Shown: positions 50,295 to 59,652 of the stretch, piece by piece
How the letters are laid out: the number at the start of each line of letters is the position of its first letter
How positions within the stretch are numbered: the stretch's first letter is position 1
Assembly: GCA_964495565.1 (NCBI GenBank)
Contig: CAZBWQ010000003.1
Location: forward strand, 7,670-71,669
Direction of reading: 5' to 3'
From: an uncultured Sandaracinaceae bacterium
Lineage (GTDB): Bacteria; Myxococcota_A; Polyangia; Polyangiales; Houyiibacteriaceae
DNA: 64,000 nt
Made by a program: the position numbers and the translations under genes
The notes under the pieces: model-generated
What the model was told of the DNA's origin: nothing
Database searches by the model: none
Seen by the model: the letters and a program-made list of their open reading frames with translations, nothing else

Positions 50295-51505
50295 GTACCA
50301 CCTCGCTCGACCTTTTGTGCTTGGATACGGGCGTTCTCCAACACCTCTTCCTTGCGAGAGTGAAGCCGCATGTGTCCGCGTTGAATGCCCTCCCCTGCGA
50401 GCGCGCGAAGCGCGGCGAGGTTCGAAGCCATGCCCGCAGCCCCCATCACCACCGCGAGCTCGCCGGCATTCTTGATTCCCATGAGCTCGAACGCTGCGCG
50501 GACGCCTCGATGTACGCGGGTCGATCCTCCCACGGTCCCGACGGCCATCGGCATCTCGAGCTCGCCGTGAATGCCGCTTTCCGTTCGCTTCCACACGACG
50601 AGGGGCTTGTAGGTTCCGGACAGGGACGCAAACGCGTGCGCGCCGGCTTCGATCGACCGCCAGTCCTGACCCATGGCGAGCGCCACGGCGTCGATGCCGT
50701 TCATCACGCCCTTGTTGTGGGTGACCGCACGGAACGGATCGAGCTCGGCGAATCGGCTCGCTTTCACGATCCCGTCGGCCAGCTCCGGTCCTCCGAGCGC
50801 GTCGACGCTGACGTCGCAACGGACGAAGACCCGGCGCCGCAGAGGCAGGTTGCTGAGAATTCGAAGCCCGACCGTGCCACCGGTGAGCTCGTGGATGTGA
50901 GGAGCCACGGCTTCGGCGACGGCGTCGACCACGTTGGCACCCATGGCGTCCCCGACATCGACGTAGAGATGCACTACCAAGACGCCATCCTCCTCGTCGA
51001 GCACGCGCACGTCGAGGTCGCGGCACCCGCCGCCGCGTCGCACCATGCCCGGAATTGCCGCGTCCGCGATCTGGAAGATGCGTTCGCGCTCGGCTTCGAC
51101 GCGCGCTTTGGCAGCCTCGGGCTCGGGAACGTCGTCGAACTGGACTTGGGTGGTCATGATGGGAGCGGTCGCCTCGCCGAAGAATCCGCCCGTCATTCGG
51201 ACCTGCCTGGCGGCATTCGAAGCGGCCGCGACGACGGAAGGCTCTTCGACCGCCATCGGAACGAGCACGTCGGTGTTGTTCACTCGGAAGTTGAGCGCGA
51301 TCGAGAGCGGCAATCCGTGGACACCGATCACGTTCTCACTCATGCGGTCCGCCACGTCGAGCGCGAGCCGGCCGCCGTCCTGCAGGTGTCGCACGGACTC
51401 CTCCGAGAGAAGCCCGGTCTCGATCATGACGCGTAGCCGAGTCGTGATGTGCTCACGATAAAAACCCGGGATCCGGCTGGTCACGGCTGGTGGTTGCTTG
51501 GACAT
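50291..51505 (-). CDS. HMG-CoA reductase, class II
   Basis: 404 aa; ...SENVIGVHGLPLSIA...VPMAVEEPSVVAAASNAA...DAMGANVVD...HNKGVMNGIDAV.... Confidence 0.9.
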   Translation of the reverse strand: MSKQPPAVTSRIPGFYREHITTRLRVMIETGLLSEESVRHLQDGGRLALDVADRMSENVIGVHGLPLSIALNFRVNNTDVLVPMAVEEPSVVAAASNAARQVRMTGGFFGEATAPIMTTQVQFDDVPEPEAAKARVEAERERIFQIADAAIPGMVRRGGGCRDLDVRVLDEEDGVLVVHLYVDVGDAMGANVVDAVAEAVAPHIHELTGGTVGLRILSNLPLRRRVFVRCDVSVDALGGPELADGIVKASRFAELDPFRAVTHNKGVMNGIDAVALAMGQDWRSIEAGAHAFASLSGTYKPLVVWKRTESGIHGELEMPMAVGTVGGSTRVHRGVRAAFELMGIKNAGELAVVMGAAGMASNLAALRALAGEGIQRGHMRLHSRKEEVLENARIQAQKVERGGT

Positions 51506-51529
51506 CGATGCGTATCTCCTGATTGCTCG

Positions 51530-52600
51530 CTAGGACTCCCGGTGGACGGTGGCACGTGCCACCGTAAACAGTGCATCGCGTGCTCGACTGTCGGGGAGAT
51601 CCCCCAGCGCGCGACAGGCCGCCTCGGCTTCTCGGACGGCGACCTCCCTCGTCGACTCGAGCGCCCCCGTCTCGTGGAGGGCCGTCAGGAGCCTCGTTTT
51701 CGCTTTCTCGGTCGCGTCGTCTGGGTTGCCGTTCACGACCTCTTCGAGAACCGGCAGCAGAGAAGGCTCTCGTTCGAGCGCGACGAGCACGGGATGGGTC
51801 ATCTTCCCTTCGCGCAAATCGGCAAAAGGAGACTTGCCCGTGGTCGCGCCGTCGCCTGCATAGTCGAGATGGTCGTCGATCAGCTGAAACGCGACCCCCA
51901 AATGAAGCCCGTACTCTTCGACCGCCTTGCAGGCGCGCGGATCGAGGCCGCCAGCGCGGGCGCCGGCGAACATGGCCCACCGAAACAGCGCCGCGGTCTT
52001 GCCTTCGACCACCTTCATGTAGGTGCTCATGCGGGCATCGAGGTGGCCTCGGTTCTCGAGTTGGATCGCCTCGGCGAAAATCATCTCGTCGATGATGTCG
52101 AGGAGGCGAGTCAGAACATCGGGCATCTCCGCGGCACGAACACGCCGCAGGGCATCGACCAAAAGCCAGTCGCCCGCGAAAATCGAAGCCGCGTTCCCGT
52201 ACAAGGTCCGCGCCGCGGGAGCTCCTCGCCGCTGCTCGCCCGCATCGACGACGTCGTCGTGCAAGAGGGTTGCACAGTGCACCAGCTCGACGGCCACTCC
52301 GAATTCGCGTGTCTTTTCGTCGAGCCCGTTTCCGAGCTTCGATGCGAGAACGACGCACATCGGCCGTAGACGCTTGCCCGCGATCTCCAGCAAATGGTGC
52401 GCGCTCTTGTGGACGACGCTTTCGCCCACGGGCATGCTGCGGATCCCCTCCTCGAGGGAAGCCATGTCCCAACGGACCAGCTCTGCGAGGTCGGCCAGGT
52501 GCGCGGACAAATCGCCGAGGCCCTGTGAATCGCACACGGCCTGCAGGCTCGAGAGCACGTCGGACGACGAGTCACTCCGAACCGCGGCTATCAGAGACAC
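51530..52600 (-). CDS. long-chain polyprenyl diphosphate synthase
   Basis: ...LLHDDVVD... (first DDxxD) and ...FQLIDDHLDYAG... (second). The start is proposed at GTG 52600 with GGAGG 6 nt upstream; the ORF-track ATG would overlap the regulator gene. Confidence 0.85.
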   Translation of the reverse strand: MSLIAAVRSDSSSDVLSSLQAVCDSQGLGDLSAHLADLAELVRWDMASLEEGIRSMPVGESVVHKSAHHLLEIAGKRLRPMCVVLASKLGNGLDEKTREFGVAVELVHCATLLHDDVVDAGEQRRGAPAARTLYGNAASIFAGDWLLVDALRRVRAAEMPDVLTRLLDIIDEMIFAEAIQLENRGHLDARMSTYMKVVEGKTAALFRWAMFAGARAGGLDPRACKAVEEYGLHLGVAFQLIDDHLDYAGDGATTGKSPFADLREGKMTHPVLVALEREPSLLPVLEEVVNGNPDDATEKAKTRLLTALHETGALESTREVAVREAEAACRALGDLPDSRARDALFTVARATVHRES

Positions 52601-52628
52601 AGCAAGCCTCCGTTGAGATTCCCCTGGG

Positions 52629-53207
52629 TCATGGTTCGTCTTCTTCGACCGAGCGAAGGTCGCTCGGGTTGATCGCGCGCCCCGCCACCAACAGACGGAC
52701 GAGCCGCTCGCCAGCCCTTGATAGCGCACTCAGCCGCGAAAGTCGCTTGCGCATGAAGTCGACCCGCCGGCGCTCCGCGTGGTCCAAACGCCCCCGAACC
52801 TGCTCGAGGACCTGTTGTGCCTCGCCGAGCGCGTCGTTCGCCTCGCGAATCAAGTTGAGCTCCCTCCGCTCGTAGACGCGTCGCAACAACTTCCAAACGC
52901 TCGTTTCTGCTTCGTAAAAGTCCTTGCGCTCGCCCGGCCGCCAGGTCTTGCGGACCGCGCCCCACCGCACGAGGTCCCCGAGAGACAAGCTCACCGCGCT
53001 GCTGCTCAACCGAAGGGTGTCGGCCAACTCCGCCGTGGTCAGGGGCTCGGGCGAGAGGTAGAGGATCGTCCAAAGACGCCCCATGTGACGCCGAAACCCC
53101 CAAAACTCCATCAAGCGGCCGATCGCGTCGGCGGCCTGGAGCTCGGCGCTCCGCCATAGAGGCTCGGAATCATTGAACTCTTGTCGTTTTGCTACGGCGC
53201 TCGGCAC
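52629..53207 (-). CDS. winged-helix transcriptional regulator, GbsR/MarR-like
   Basis: 192 aa; ...MEFWGFRRHMGRLWTILYLSPEPLTTAELADTLRLSSSAVSLSLGDLVRWGAVRK... is the wHTH region, followed by a C-terminal coiled-coil-like region. Confidence 0.7.
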   Translation of the reverse strand: MPSAVAKRQEFNDSEPLWRSAELQAADAIGRLMEFWGFRRHMGRLWTILYLSPEPLTTAELADTLRLSSSAVSLSLGDLVRWGAVRKTWRPGERKDFYEAETSVWKLLRRVYERRELNLIREANDALGEAQQVLEQVRGRLDHAERRRVDFMRKRLSRLSALSRAGERLVRLLVAGRAINPSDLRSVEEDEP

Positions 53208-53223
53208 TCGGATGGCTCAGTTC

Positions 53224-53241
53224 CTTCAAATTTTCTTGAAG
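53224..53241. promoter_or_regulatory. AT-rich inverted repeat CTTCAA-ATTTTC-TTGAAG
   Basis: Read directly. It lies 17 nt upstream of the regulator start (53207, minus strand), in the divergent gap to ilvD, and is unusually AT-rich for this DNA. Confidence 0.35.
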
Positions 53242-53324
53242 AGACGTAGGGCTCTGGCAGCAGCGCGTCAAGCAAACGGCGCGTGGCACCGCCGGCCACC
53301 GCCGGTGCTAGACTCCCGGGCCCC

Positions 53325-55007
53325 ATGAGCGCCAAGTTGAACAAGTACAGCAGCCGCATCACGCAACCCCCCTCGCAGGGCGCATCCCAAGCGATGCTTC
53401 ATGCGACCGGTCTGACCCGGGCCGACATGGACAAGGCCCAGGTCGGAATCTCGGCAGTCTGGTACGAAGGGAACAGCTGCAACATGCATCTCAACGACCT
53501 GGCCGCCGCCGTGAAAGAGGGCGTGGTCGAGGCCGGCCTCGTGGGCATGCGCTTCAACACCATCGGTGTCTCGGACGGCATCTCGATGGGCACCGACGGA
53601 ATGAGCTACTCGCTTCAGTCTCGTGATCTGATCGCGGACTCGATCGAGACGGTGATGAGCGCCCAGTGGTACGACGCCAACATCTCGATCCCCGGATGCG
53701 ACAAGAACATGCCCGGCTGCATGATCGCCATAGGACGACTCAATCGCCCCGCATTGATGATTTACGGCGGAACGATCCGAGCCGGCCGGGGCAGTGACGG
53801 GGAGAAGCTCGACGTCGTGTCGGCATTCCAGTCCTACGGACAGCTGCTCGCGCAGTCGATCGACGAGCACAAGCGCCTCGACATCATCGAGCATGCGTGT
53901 CCCGGTGCAGGCGCCTGCGGCGGAATGTATACCGCCAACACGATGGCGTCGGCCATAGAAGCGATGGGCATGTCGCTGCCCTATAGCTCCTCGACGCCCG
54001 CGGAAGATCCGAAGAAGCGAGAGGAGTGCCTCCGCGCTGGACAAGCGATTCGCTCGTTGCTCGAGCGCGACATCAAGCCCAGAGACATCATGACCCGCGA
54101 AGCCTTCGAAAATGCCATGGTGACGATCATGGCCCTCGGGGGCTCGACCAACGCGGTCTTGCATCTGATCGCGATGGCTCGCGCCGTCGAGGTGCCGCTC
54201 TCGATCGACGATTTTCAAGCCGTCAGCAACCGGGTTCCATTGCTCGCCGATCTCAAGCCGAGCGGCCAGTACGTCATGGAGGACCTTCATCGCGTGGGCG
54301 GGGTTCCGGCAGTTCTTCGTTACTTGCTCGAGCAAGGTGCGCTGCACGGCGAATGCCTCACGGTGACCGGGAAGACGCTGGCAGAAAATCTCGCCGAGCT
54401 CCCTGGTCTCGCAGAGGGCCAGCGAATCATTCGCTCCTGGGATCAACCGATCAAGGAAACCGGGCATCTGACGATCTTGCGGGGGAGCCTCGCACCCGAA
54501 GGCGCGGTCGCGAAGATCACCGGCAAGGAGGGACTCTACTTCCAGGGGCCGGCCAAGGTCTTCGACAGCGAAGAGGCGATGTTGTCGGCCATGGAGCGCG
54601 GCGAGATCGTGAAAGGCCAGGTCGTCGTCATTCGCTACGAAGGACCCAAGGGCGGGCCGGGCATGCCAGAAATGCTTTCCCCCACCTCGGTGATCATGGG
54701 AGCCGGGCTCGGCCAGGACGTGGCGCTGATCACCGACGGTCGATTTTCGGGCGGCTCGCACGGGTTCATCATCGGTCACATCACGCCCGAAGCGCAGGAG
54801 GGCGGTCCGATCGCATTGGTTCACGATGGCGATCCGATCACGATCGACGCGCGTGCGCGCACCATCGACGTCGACGTCGACCCGGCCGAGCTGGCCAGAC
54901 GGCAGGCATCCTGGGAGCCGCCTCCACTCAAAGCGCGGCGCGGCACACTTTACAAGTACATCAAAAACGTGAAAAGCGCCTCCGAGGGCTGCGTCACGGA
55001 CGAGTAA
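53325..55007 (+). CDS. ilvD: dihydroxy-acid dehydratase
   Basis: Start trimmed to [29 protein letters not shown].... ...CDKNMPG..., ...[13 protein letters not shown]..., ...[14 protein letters not shown].... Confidence 0.95.
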   Translation: MSAKLNKYSSRITQPPSQGASQAMLHATGLTRADMDKAQVGISAVWYEGNSCNMHLNDLAAAVKEGVVEAGLVGMRFNTIGVSDGISMGTDGMSYSLQSRDLIADSIETVMSAQWYDANISIPGCDKNMPGCMIAIGRLNRPALMIYGGTIRAGRGSDGEKLDVVSAFQSYGQLLAQSIDEHKRLDIIEHACPGAGACGGMYTANTMASAIEAMGMSLPYSSSTPAEDPKKREECLRAGQAIRSLLERDIKPRDIMTREAFENAMVTIMALGGSTNAVLHLIAMARAVEVPLSIDDFQAVSNRVPLLADLKPSGQYVMEDLHRVGGVPAVLRYLLEQGALHGECLTVTGKTLAENLAELPGLAEGQRIIRSWDQPIKETGHLTILRGSLAPEGAVAKITGKEGLYFQGPAKVFDSEEAMLSAMERGEIVKGQVVVIRYEGPKGGPGMPEMLSPTSVIMGAGLGQDVALITDGRFSGGSHGFIIGHITPEAQEGGPIALVHDGDPITIDARARTIDVDVDPAELARRQASWEPPPLKARRGTLYKYIKNVKSASEGCVTDE

Positions 55008-55136
55008 GCGCCCCGCTCGGTGCGGGCCTTCGACCGTTCATCGGACCGAGGGCACCATTGGCCCGGTTTCTTCAGCAATTCCGTGGGACGACCCTAGATT
55101 GGGGAAGCCGGGGCAGGCATCACCACGGGGTTCGAG

Positions 55137-56294
55137 ATGTACATCAACAAACGCGGCCTTCGCGAAATCGGGGGCGTCTTGTTCAAGGAGCCGACGGTTG
55201 GAAGGTTGGTGACGACCGCCTGGATCGCGCCGATTTACCTCGGACTGCGTCAAACCGCCGCGACCTTCCGTGCATTGGACGAGGTGGTCTGCCCGGAATA
55301 CCGCGGGCAACGAGTGGAGCGCCCGGTGTTCGTGTTCGCAAATCCGCGTAGCGGCACCACGCTCATGCACCGGCTGCTGAGCATGGACGAGGAGGTCTTC
55401 ACGACCGTCAAGCTCTATCAGACGATCTTCCCCGCCGTGACGGCGACGCGAACCTTCAAACGGCTCATCGCGCTCTCTTCGGGGCCGACCGGCTCCTGGC
55501 TGCGCCGGGCGTATGACTTCTTCAACGCGCCGCTCGAACGACGGTGGCAAGACGTCCATCGGCTGAGCCTCGACCAGCCCGAAGAAGACGTTTGCACCCT
55601 GCTCTGGAGCCTGACCTCGCCTGCGACGGGTCTGCTCTTTCCCTTCATGGAAGACATCCCGAGTCAGACCTGGATCGACCGGCAGCCGCCCGAAGAACGC
55701 CGCGCGTTCATGGATTGCTACGAGGACACGATCAAGCGGCACGTCTTCGAGGCGGGTGGCAAGCGGTTCCTGAACAAGAACGTCTTCTTTTCGACTCGGA
55801 TCCGCGCCGTGCACGAAAAGTTTCCAGACGCCGTGTTCGTCTACCTGGTCCGCAATCCTCACGATTGCCTTCCCTCGTTCCTCAACATGTTCTATCGCGC
55901 TTGGAAAGCACATTCGCCGGGAATCCGACCCGATGGAAAAGAGATTCAGGCGCTCAAGCGGCTCGGCTACGAGTACTACCGATACGCCATGGAGTGTCGC
56001 AAAGACATCCCGCCGGATCAGTTCATCGCGGTCCGCTACGAGGACCTCGTGGCCGACCCCAAGAAGACGATCGTCGGCTTGTACGAGCGCCTCGGAATGC
56101 CGGTGAGCAAATCGCTGTTGGCCAAGCTCGACGAGGCACGCATGTCCCAGCGCGACTACGAGAGCGCGAGAACCGTCGAGCTCGATTTCTTCGGAATCAA
56201 CCGACGCGAGGTGCGCGAGGAGCTCCACGAGATCTTCGAAGCATTCGGCTACGACGAGCCGGCCCGATCCGACTACGCCGAAGCGGCCGAATAG
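55137..56294 (+). CDS. sulfotransferase family protein
   Basis: ...VFVFANPRSGTTLMHRLL... is the PAPS 5'-phosphosulfate-binding loop, and ...VRYEDLVADP... is the 3'-phosphate-binding region type. The start is uncertain. Confidence 0.72.
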   Translation: MYINKRGLREIGGVLFKEPTVGRLVTTAWIAPIYLGLRQTAATFRALDEVVCPEYRGQRVERPVFVFANPRSGTTLMHRLLSMDEEVFTTVKLYQTIFPAVTATRTFKRLIALSSGPTGSWLRRAYDFFNAPLERRWQDVHRLSLDQPEEDVCTLLWSLTSPATGLLFPFMEDIPSQTWIDRQPPEERRAFMDCYEDTIKRHVFEAGGKRFLNKNVFFSTRIRAVHEKFPDAVFVYLVRNPHDCLPSFLNMFYRAWKAHSPGIRPDGKEIQALKRLGYEYYRYAMECRKDIPPDQFIAVRYEDLVADPKKTIVGLYERLGMPVSKSLLAKLDEARMSQRDYESARTVELDFFGINRREVREELHEIFEAFGYDEPARSDYAEAAE

Positions 56295-56372
56295 CGCCCG
56301 CCGAGCGGCGAAGCGGCGGCCGACTAACGCTCCGTCGGACCCGGTGTACATTGGAGCCTCCGAGGAGGCTGT

Positions 56373-57593
56373 ATGGATACCGAAGAAAAGCGCTTCGAGT
56401 TCACGGGTGGTCGGGGAGAGACGCTCTCCGCGAGAATCCACCTGCCCGCGGTCGAGCCGAAGGCGTGGGCGATCTTTGCACACTGCTTCACGTGCTCGAA
56501 GGAGAGTCGGGCAGCTCGATTCATCAGCTCGGCCCTGGCCGAGCGTGGGATCGCGACTCTGCGTTTCGACTTCACCGGCCTCGGAGAAAGCGAGGGGGAG
56601 TTCGGCGCGACCACGTTCTCACACAACATGAGCGACATCGTGGCGGCCGCCGACGCGCTGCGGGAGACGTATCGTGCACCGGCTCTGCTCGTCGGCCACA
56701 GCCTCGGCGGCTCCGCGGTCTTGGGCGCCGCCAAGGAAATTCCCGAAGCGGTCGGTGTGGCGACGATTGGCTCCCCGTTCGATCCGGAGCACGTGGCACG
56801 TCTCTTCGGGTCTTCGCTCGAGCAAATCGAATCGGACGGAGAAGCAGTCGTCGATCTGGGAGGACGGCGATTCAAGATCCGCAAGAGCTTTCTCGATGAT
56901 CTGCGAGACCAGTGCAATGCCGAGCGAATCGGCGAAATGAAGAAGGCGTTGGTCGTGTTCCATTCTCCACAAGACGCCGTGGTCGACATCGACAACGCCC
57001 GCTTGATCTACAAGGCAGCGCGACACCCGAAGAGCTTCATCTCGCTCGATGGGGCGGATCATTTGCTGAGCCGTCGCAGCGACGGCCGCTACGTCGCCGA
57101 CGTCATGGCCGCCTGGGCCAGCCGCTACCTGCCGGAGCAACCGGAGGCCGAGCTCCCCGAGGACACGCCCCAGGGTCAGGTCGTGGTCGAGGGGAAGACC
57201 TCTGCCTTCCTTCAGCGAATCCGGGCGCGCAACCACGTGTTTTCGGCAGACGAGCCCCTCGACAAGGGCGGCACCAACCTCGGCCCGAACCCCTACGATC
57301 TTCTTTTGGCCAGCCTCGGGGCCTGCACCTCGATGACGCTCAAGATGTACGCGGGTCGCAAAGAGTGGCCGCTCGAAGCGGTCCGGGTCACTCTCCAGCA
57401 TGGACGGGTGCACGCGGACGATTGCAAAGACTGTGAGACGAAGTCGGGCATGATCGACGTGATCGACAAGCGGCTCGAGCTCGAGGGAGAGCTGAGCGAC
57501 GAGCAGCGGGAGCGCCTGCTCGAAATCTCCGCGCGGTGCCCCGTGCATCGAACGCTGATCAACGAGATCCGGATTCGCTCGGAGCTGGTTTGA
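56373..57593 (+). CDS. bifunctional alpha/beta hydrolase / OsmC-family protein
   Basis: The N-terminal half has ...LLVGHSLGGSA... (nucleophile elbow). The C-terminal ~135 aa has ...GTNLGPNPYDLLLASLGACTSMTL...ISARCPVHRTL... (OsmC/Ohr Cys pair). Confidence 0.82.
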   Translation: MDTEEKRFEFTGGRGETLSARIHLPAVEPKAWAIFAHCFTCSKESRAARFISSALAERGIATLRFDFTGLGESEGEFGATTFSHNMSDIVAAADALRETYRAPALLVGHSLGGSAVLGAAKEIPEAVGVATIGSPFDPEHVARLFGSSLEQIESDGEAVVDLGGRRFKIRKSFLDDLRDQCNAERIGEMKKALVVFHSPQDAVVDIDNARLIYKAARHPKSFISLDGADHLLSRRSDGRYVADVMAAWASRYLPEQPEAELPEDTPQGQVVVEGKTSAFLQRIRARNHVFSADEPLDKGGTNLGPNPYDLLLASLGACTSMTLKMYAGRKEWPLEAVRVTLQHGRVHADDCKDCETKSGMIDVIDKRLELEGELSDEQRERLLEISARCPVHRTLINEIRIRSELV

Positions 57594-59593
57594 CGACGCT
57601 CGCCTCGCTCGATGACGTATCGCTCGCGCTCGGAGGGCAGCAGCTCTTCGATGGGCTTTCGCTTCAGGTGCACGAAGGCGACCACGTCGGATTGGTCGGC
57701 CCCAACGGGTCTGGCAAATCGAGCTTGTTGCGGCTTCTGGCTGGCTCGATCGAGCCCGACGGCGGAGCCGTTCGAATCGTGCCGGGCGTGCGAGTCGGTT
57801 TCTTGCCGCAGGAGATCGAATCGTTTCCCGACCAGGCGCTCTTTCGTTTCGTCTACGAGAGCGTCCCCGAACGACCCGAGCTTCAAGAGGCTCTGCACAG
57901 AGCGGAGGCACGCCTTCGTGAGCTCGAGCGGTCCGCGACGGCCGGCCCCGACGACGTGGTCGCGGCGGCCAGTGAGGTCGCGACCTTGCACGAACGAGCG
58001 GCAATTCTCGACGCGAGGTTCTCGGAGCACGAGGCCAAGCGGATTCTTCACGGCCTCGGCTTCACACAAGAGGATCATGCCCGACCGCTCTCCGAGCTCA
58101 GCGGTGGATGGAAAATGCGAGCGGTCTTGGCTTCGCTCCTGTTTCAGCGGCCCGAGCTCTTGCTTCTCGACGAGCCGACGAATCACCTGGACATGCCGTC
58201 CGTCGCTTGGTTCTCCAGCTTTCTGCAGAGTTACTCCCACTGCTTCTTTCTGGTTTCTCACGATCGGGAGTTTCTCAACGAACAAATCAACCGCGTGGTG
58301 AGCTTCGAGCCCGAGGGTGTGCGCACCTTCCGAGGCGACTACGAACGGTATCTCGAGCAACGAGACCAAGAGCGTCAGGTGTTGGAAAATCGGGCCAAGA
58401 ACATAGAGCGTGAGAAGGCCCACCTGGAGCAGTTCGTGAAGCGGTTTCGAGCCAAGGCGAGCAAGGCCGCGCAGGTCCAGAGCCGCATTCGAAAGCTCGA
58501 AAAGATGGACACGGTCGAGCTGCATCGATCGGCGCGCGAAGCGCGCTTTGCGTTCCCCGCCACCGCGAGAGGCGCTCGCGTGCCGTTGCGCGCCGACGGC
58601 TTGAGCAAGTCGTTCGATGACCACGTGGTCCTGAACGACGTGTCGTTGTCCGTGGAGCGAGGCGACCGCGTCGCCATCGTGGGGCCGAATGGCGCCGGCA
58701 AGACGACGCTTTTGAAGATCCTTGCGGGCGAGGTCGAGCCCTCGGGTGGCCACGTCCATCTGCCGGGCCAATCGGACGTTCGCTACTTCGCGCAACATCA
58801 CGCAGAAGCCCTGAGCCTCGACCGCACCGTCCTTCAGGAGGTCAGCTATGCGAGCGACGGGGCCGCAACGGAGCGCGTGCGCACCGTTCTCGGAGGCCTG
58901 CTTTTCGGCGATCAGGCCGTGGACAAGCGGATCTCCGTGCTCTCGGGCGGCGAACGGGCGCGGGTAGCCCTCGCCAAGATCCTCATTCGCCCCGGCAACG
59001 TGCTGCTGATGGACGAGCCGACCAACCATCTCGATCTCGCGACCACCGAGGCACTCACGAGCGCGCTCGAGACCTACGACGGAACCCTACTCTTCGTGAG
59101 TCACAATCGAGCCTTCATTCGGCGTTTGGCGACCAAGCTCTGGGTCGTGCACGACGGCGGCGTGGAAAGCTACCCCGGCACGCTCGACGACTATCTCTGG
59201 TCTTGTCGGGACAGAGACGCCACGCCGGTCACCGACGCCTCTCCGCGGCCAGCATCGCGCAAGAAGAGCCGGCAGGAACGAAAAGAGGAACGCCGACGAG
59301 CGGCCGAGCATCGCGCCATGCAAAGCCGGGAGATCAAGCCGCTCGAAACCAAGGTGAAACAGCTCGAAGAGAGCATCGCCGGTCTGGAAAAAGCCATCGC
59401 AGAGCACAACGAGGCGCTCAGCAACCCCGAGCTGTACGAGGACGCCGAACGGCGGGATGAGGTGCTTCGACAAGTCCGCGAGGCGCAGCAGTCGCTCGAG
59501 GGGGCGCTCGAGCAGTGGTCGGAAGCTCACGAGGAGCTCGAAGAGATGCGCGCGCAGCTCGAGTCCGAAAGCAGCGCGGAGCCAAAGAGCTGA
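57590..59593 (+). CDS. ABC-F family ATPase (two NBDs, no TMD) with a C-terminal coiled coil
   Basis: Two Walker A loops (GPNGSGKSS, GPNGAGKTT), two LSGG signatures and a Lys/Glu-rich C-terminus. The start is proposed at TTG 57590 (TTGA overlap); there is no in-frame ATG before the first P-loop. Confidence 0.82.
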   Translation: MTTLASLDDVSLALGGQQLFDGLSLQVHEGDHVGLVGPNGSGKSSLLRLLAGSIEPDGGAVRIVPGVRVGFLPQEIESFPDQALFRFVYESVPERPELQEALHRAEARLRELERSATAGPDDVVAAASEVATLHERAAILDARFSEHEAKRILHGLGFTQEDHARPLSELSGGWKMRAVLASLLFQRPELLLLDEPTNHLDMPSVAWFSSFLQSYSHCFFLVSHDREFLNEQINRVVSFEPEGVRTFRGDYERYLEQRDQERQVLENRAKNIEREKAHLEQFVKRFRAKASKAAQVQSRIRKLEKMDTVELHRSAREARFAFPATARGARVPLRADGLSKSFDDHVVLNDVSLSVERGDRVAIVGPNGAGKTTLLKILAGEVEPSGGHVHLPGQSDVRYFAQHHAEALSLDRTVLQEVSYASDGAATERVRTVLGGLLFGDQAVDKRISVLSGGERARVALAKILIRPGNVLLMDEPTNHLDLATTEALTSALETYDGTLLFVSHNRAFIRRLATKLWVVHDGGVESYPGTLDDYLWSCRDRDATPVTDASPRPASRKKSRQERKEERRRAAEHRAMQSREIKPLETKVKQLEESIAGLEKAIAEHNEALSNPELYEDAERRDEVLRQVREAQQSLEGALEQWSEAHEELEEMRAQLESESSAEPKS

Positions 59594-59652
59594 CCTCATC
59601 GCAGAGGTGTGCTCTTTTCATTCATCCACGACTCTGCGATAACGCAGCGTGG

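Noticed and set aside
55881-55894. CTCAACATGTTCTA inside the sulfotransferase gene. Its right half is identical to that of site A.
   Set aside because: The first position mismatches, it lies mid-gene (encoding LNMFY), and the gene has no functional link to the catabolic operons. It is most likely chance.
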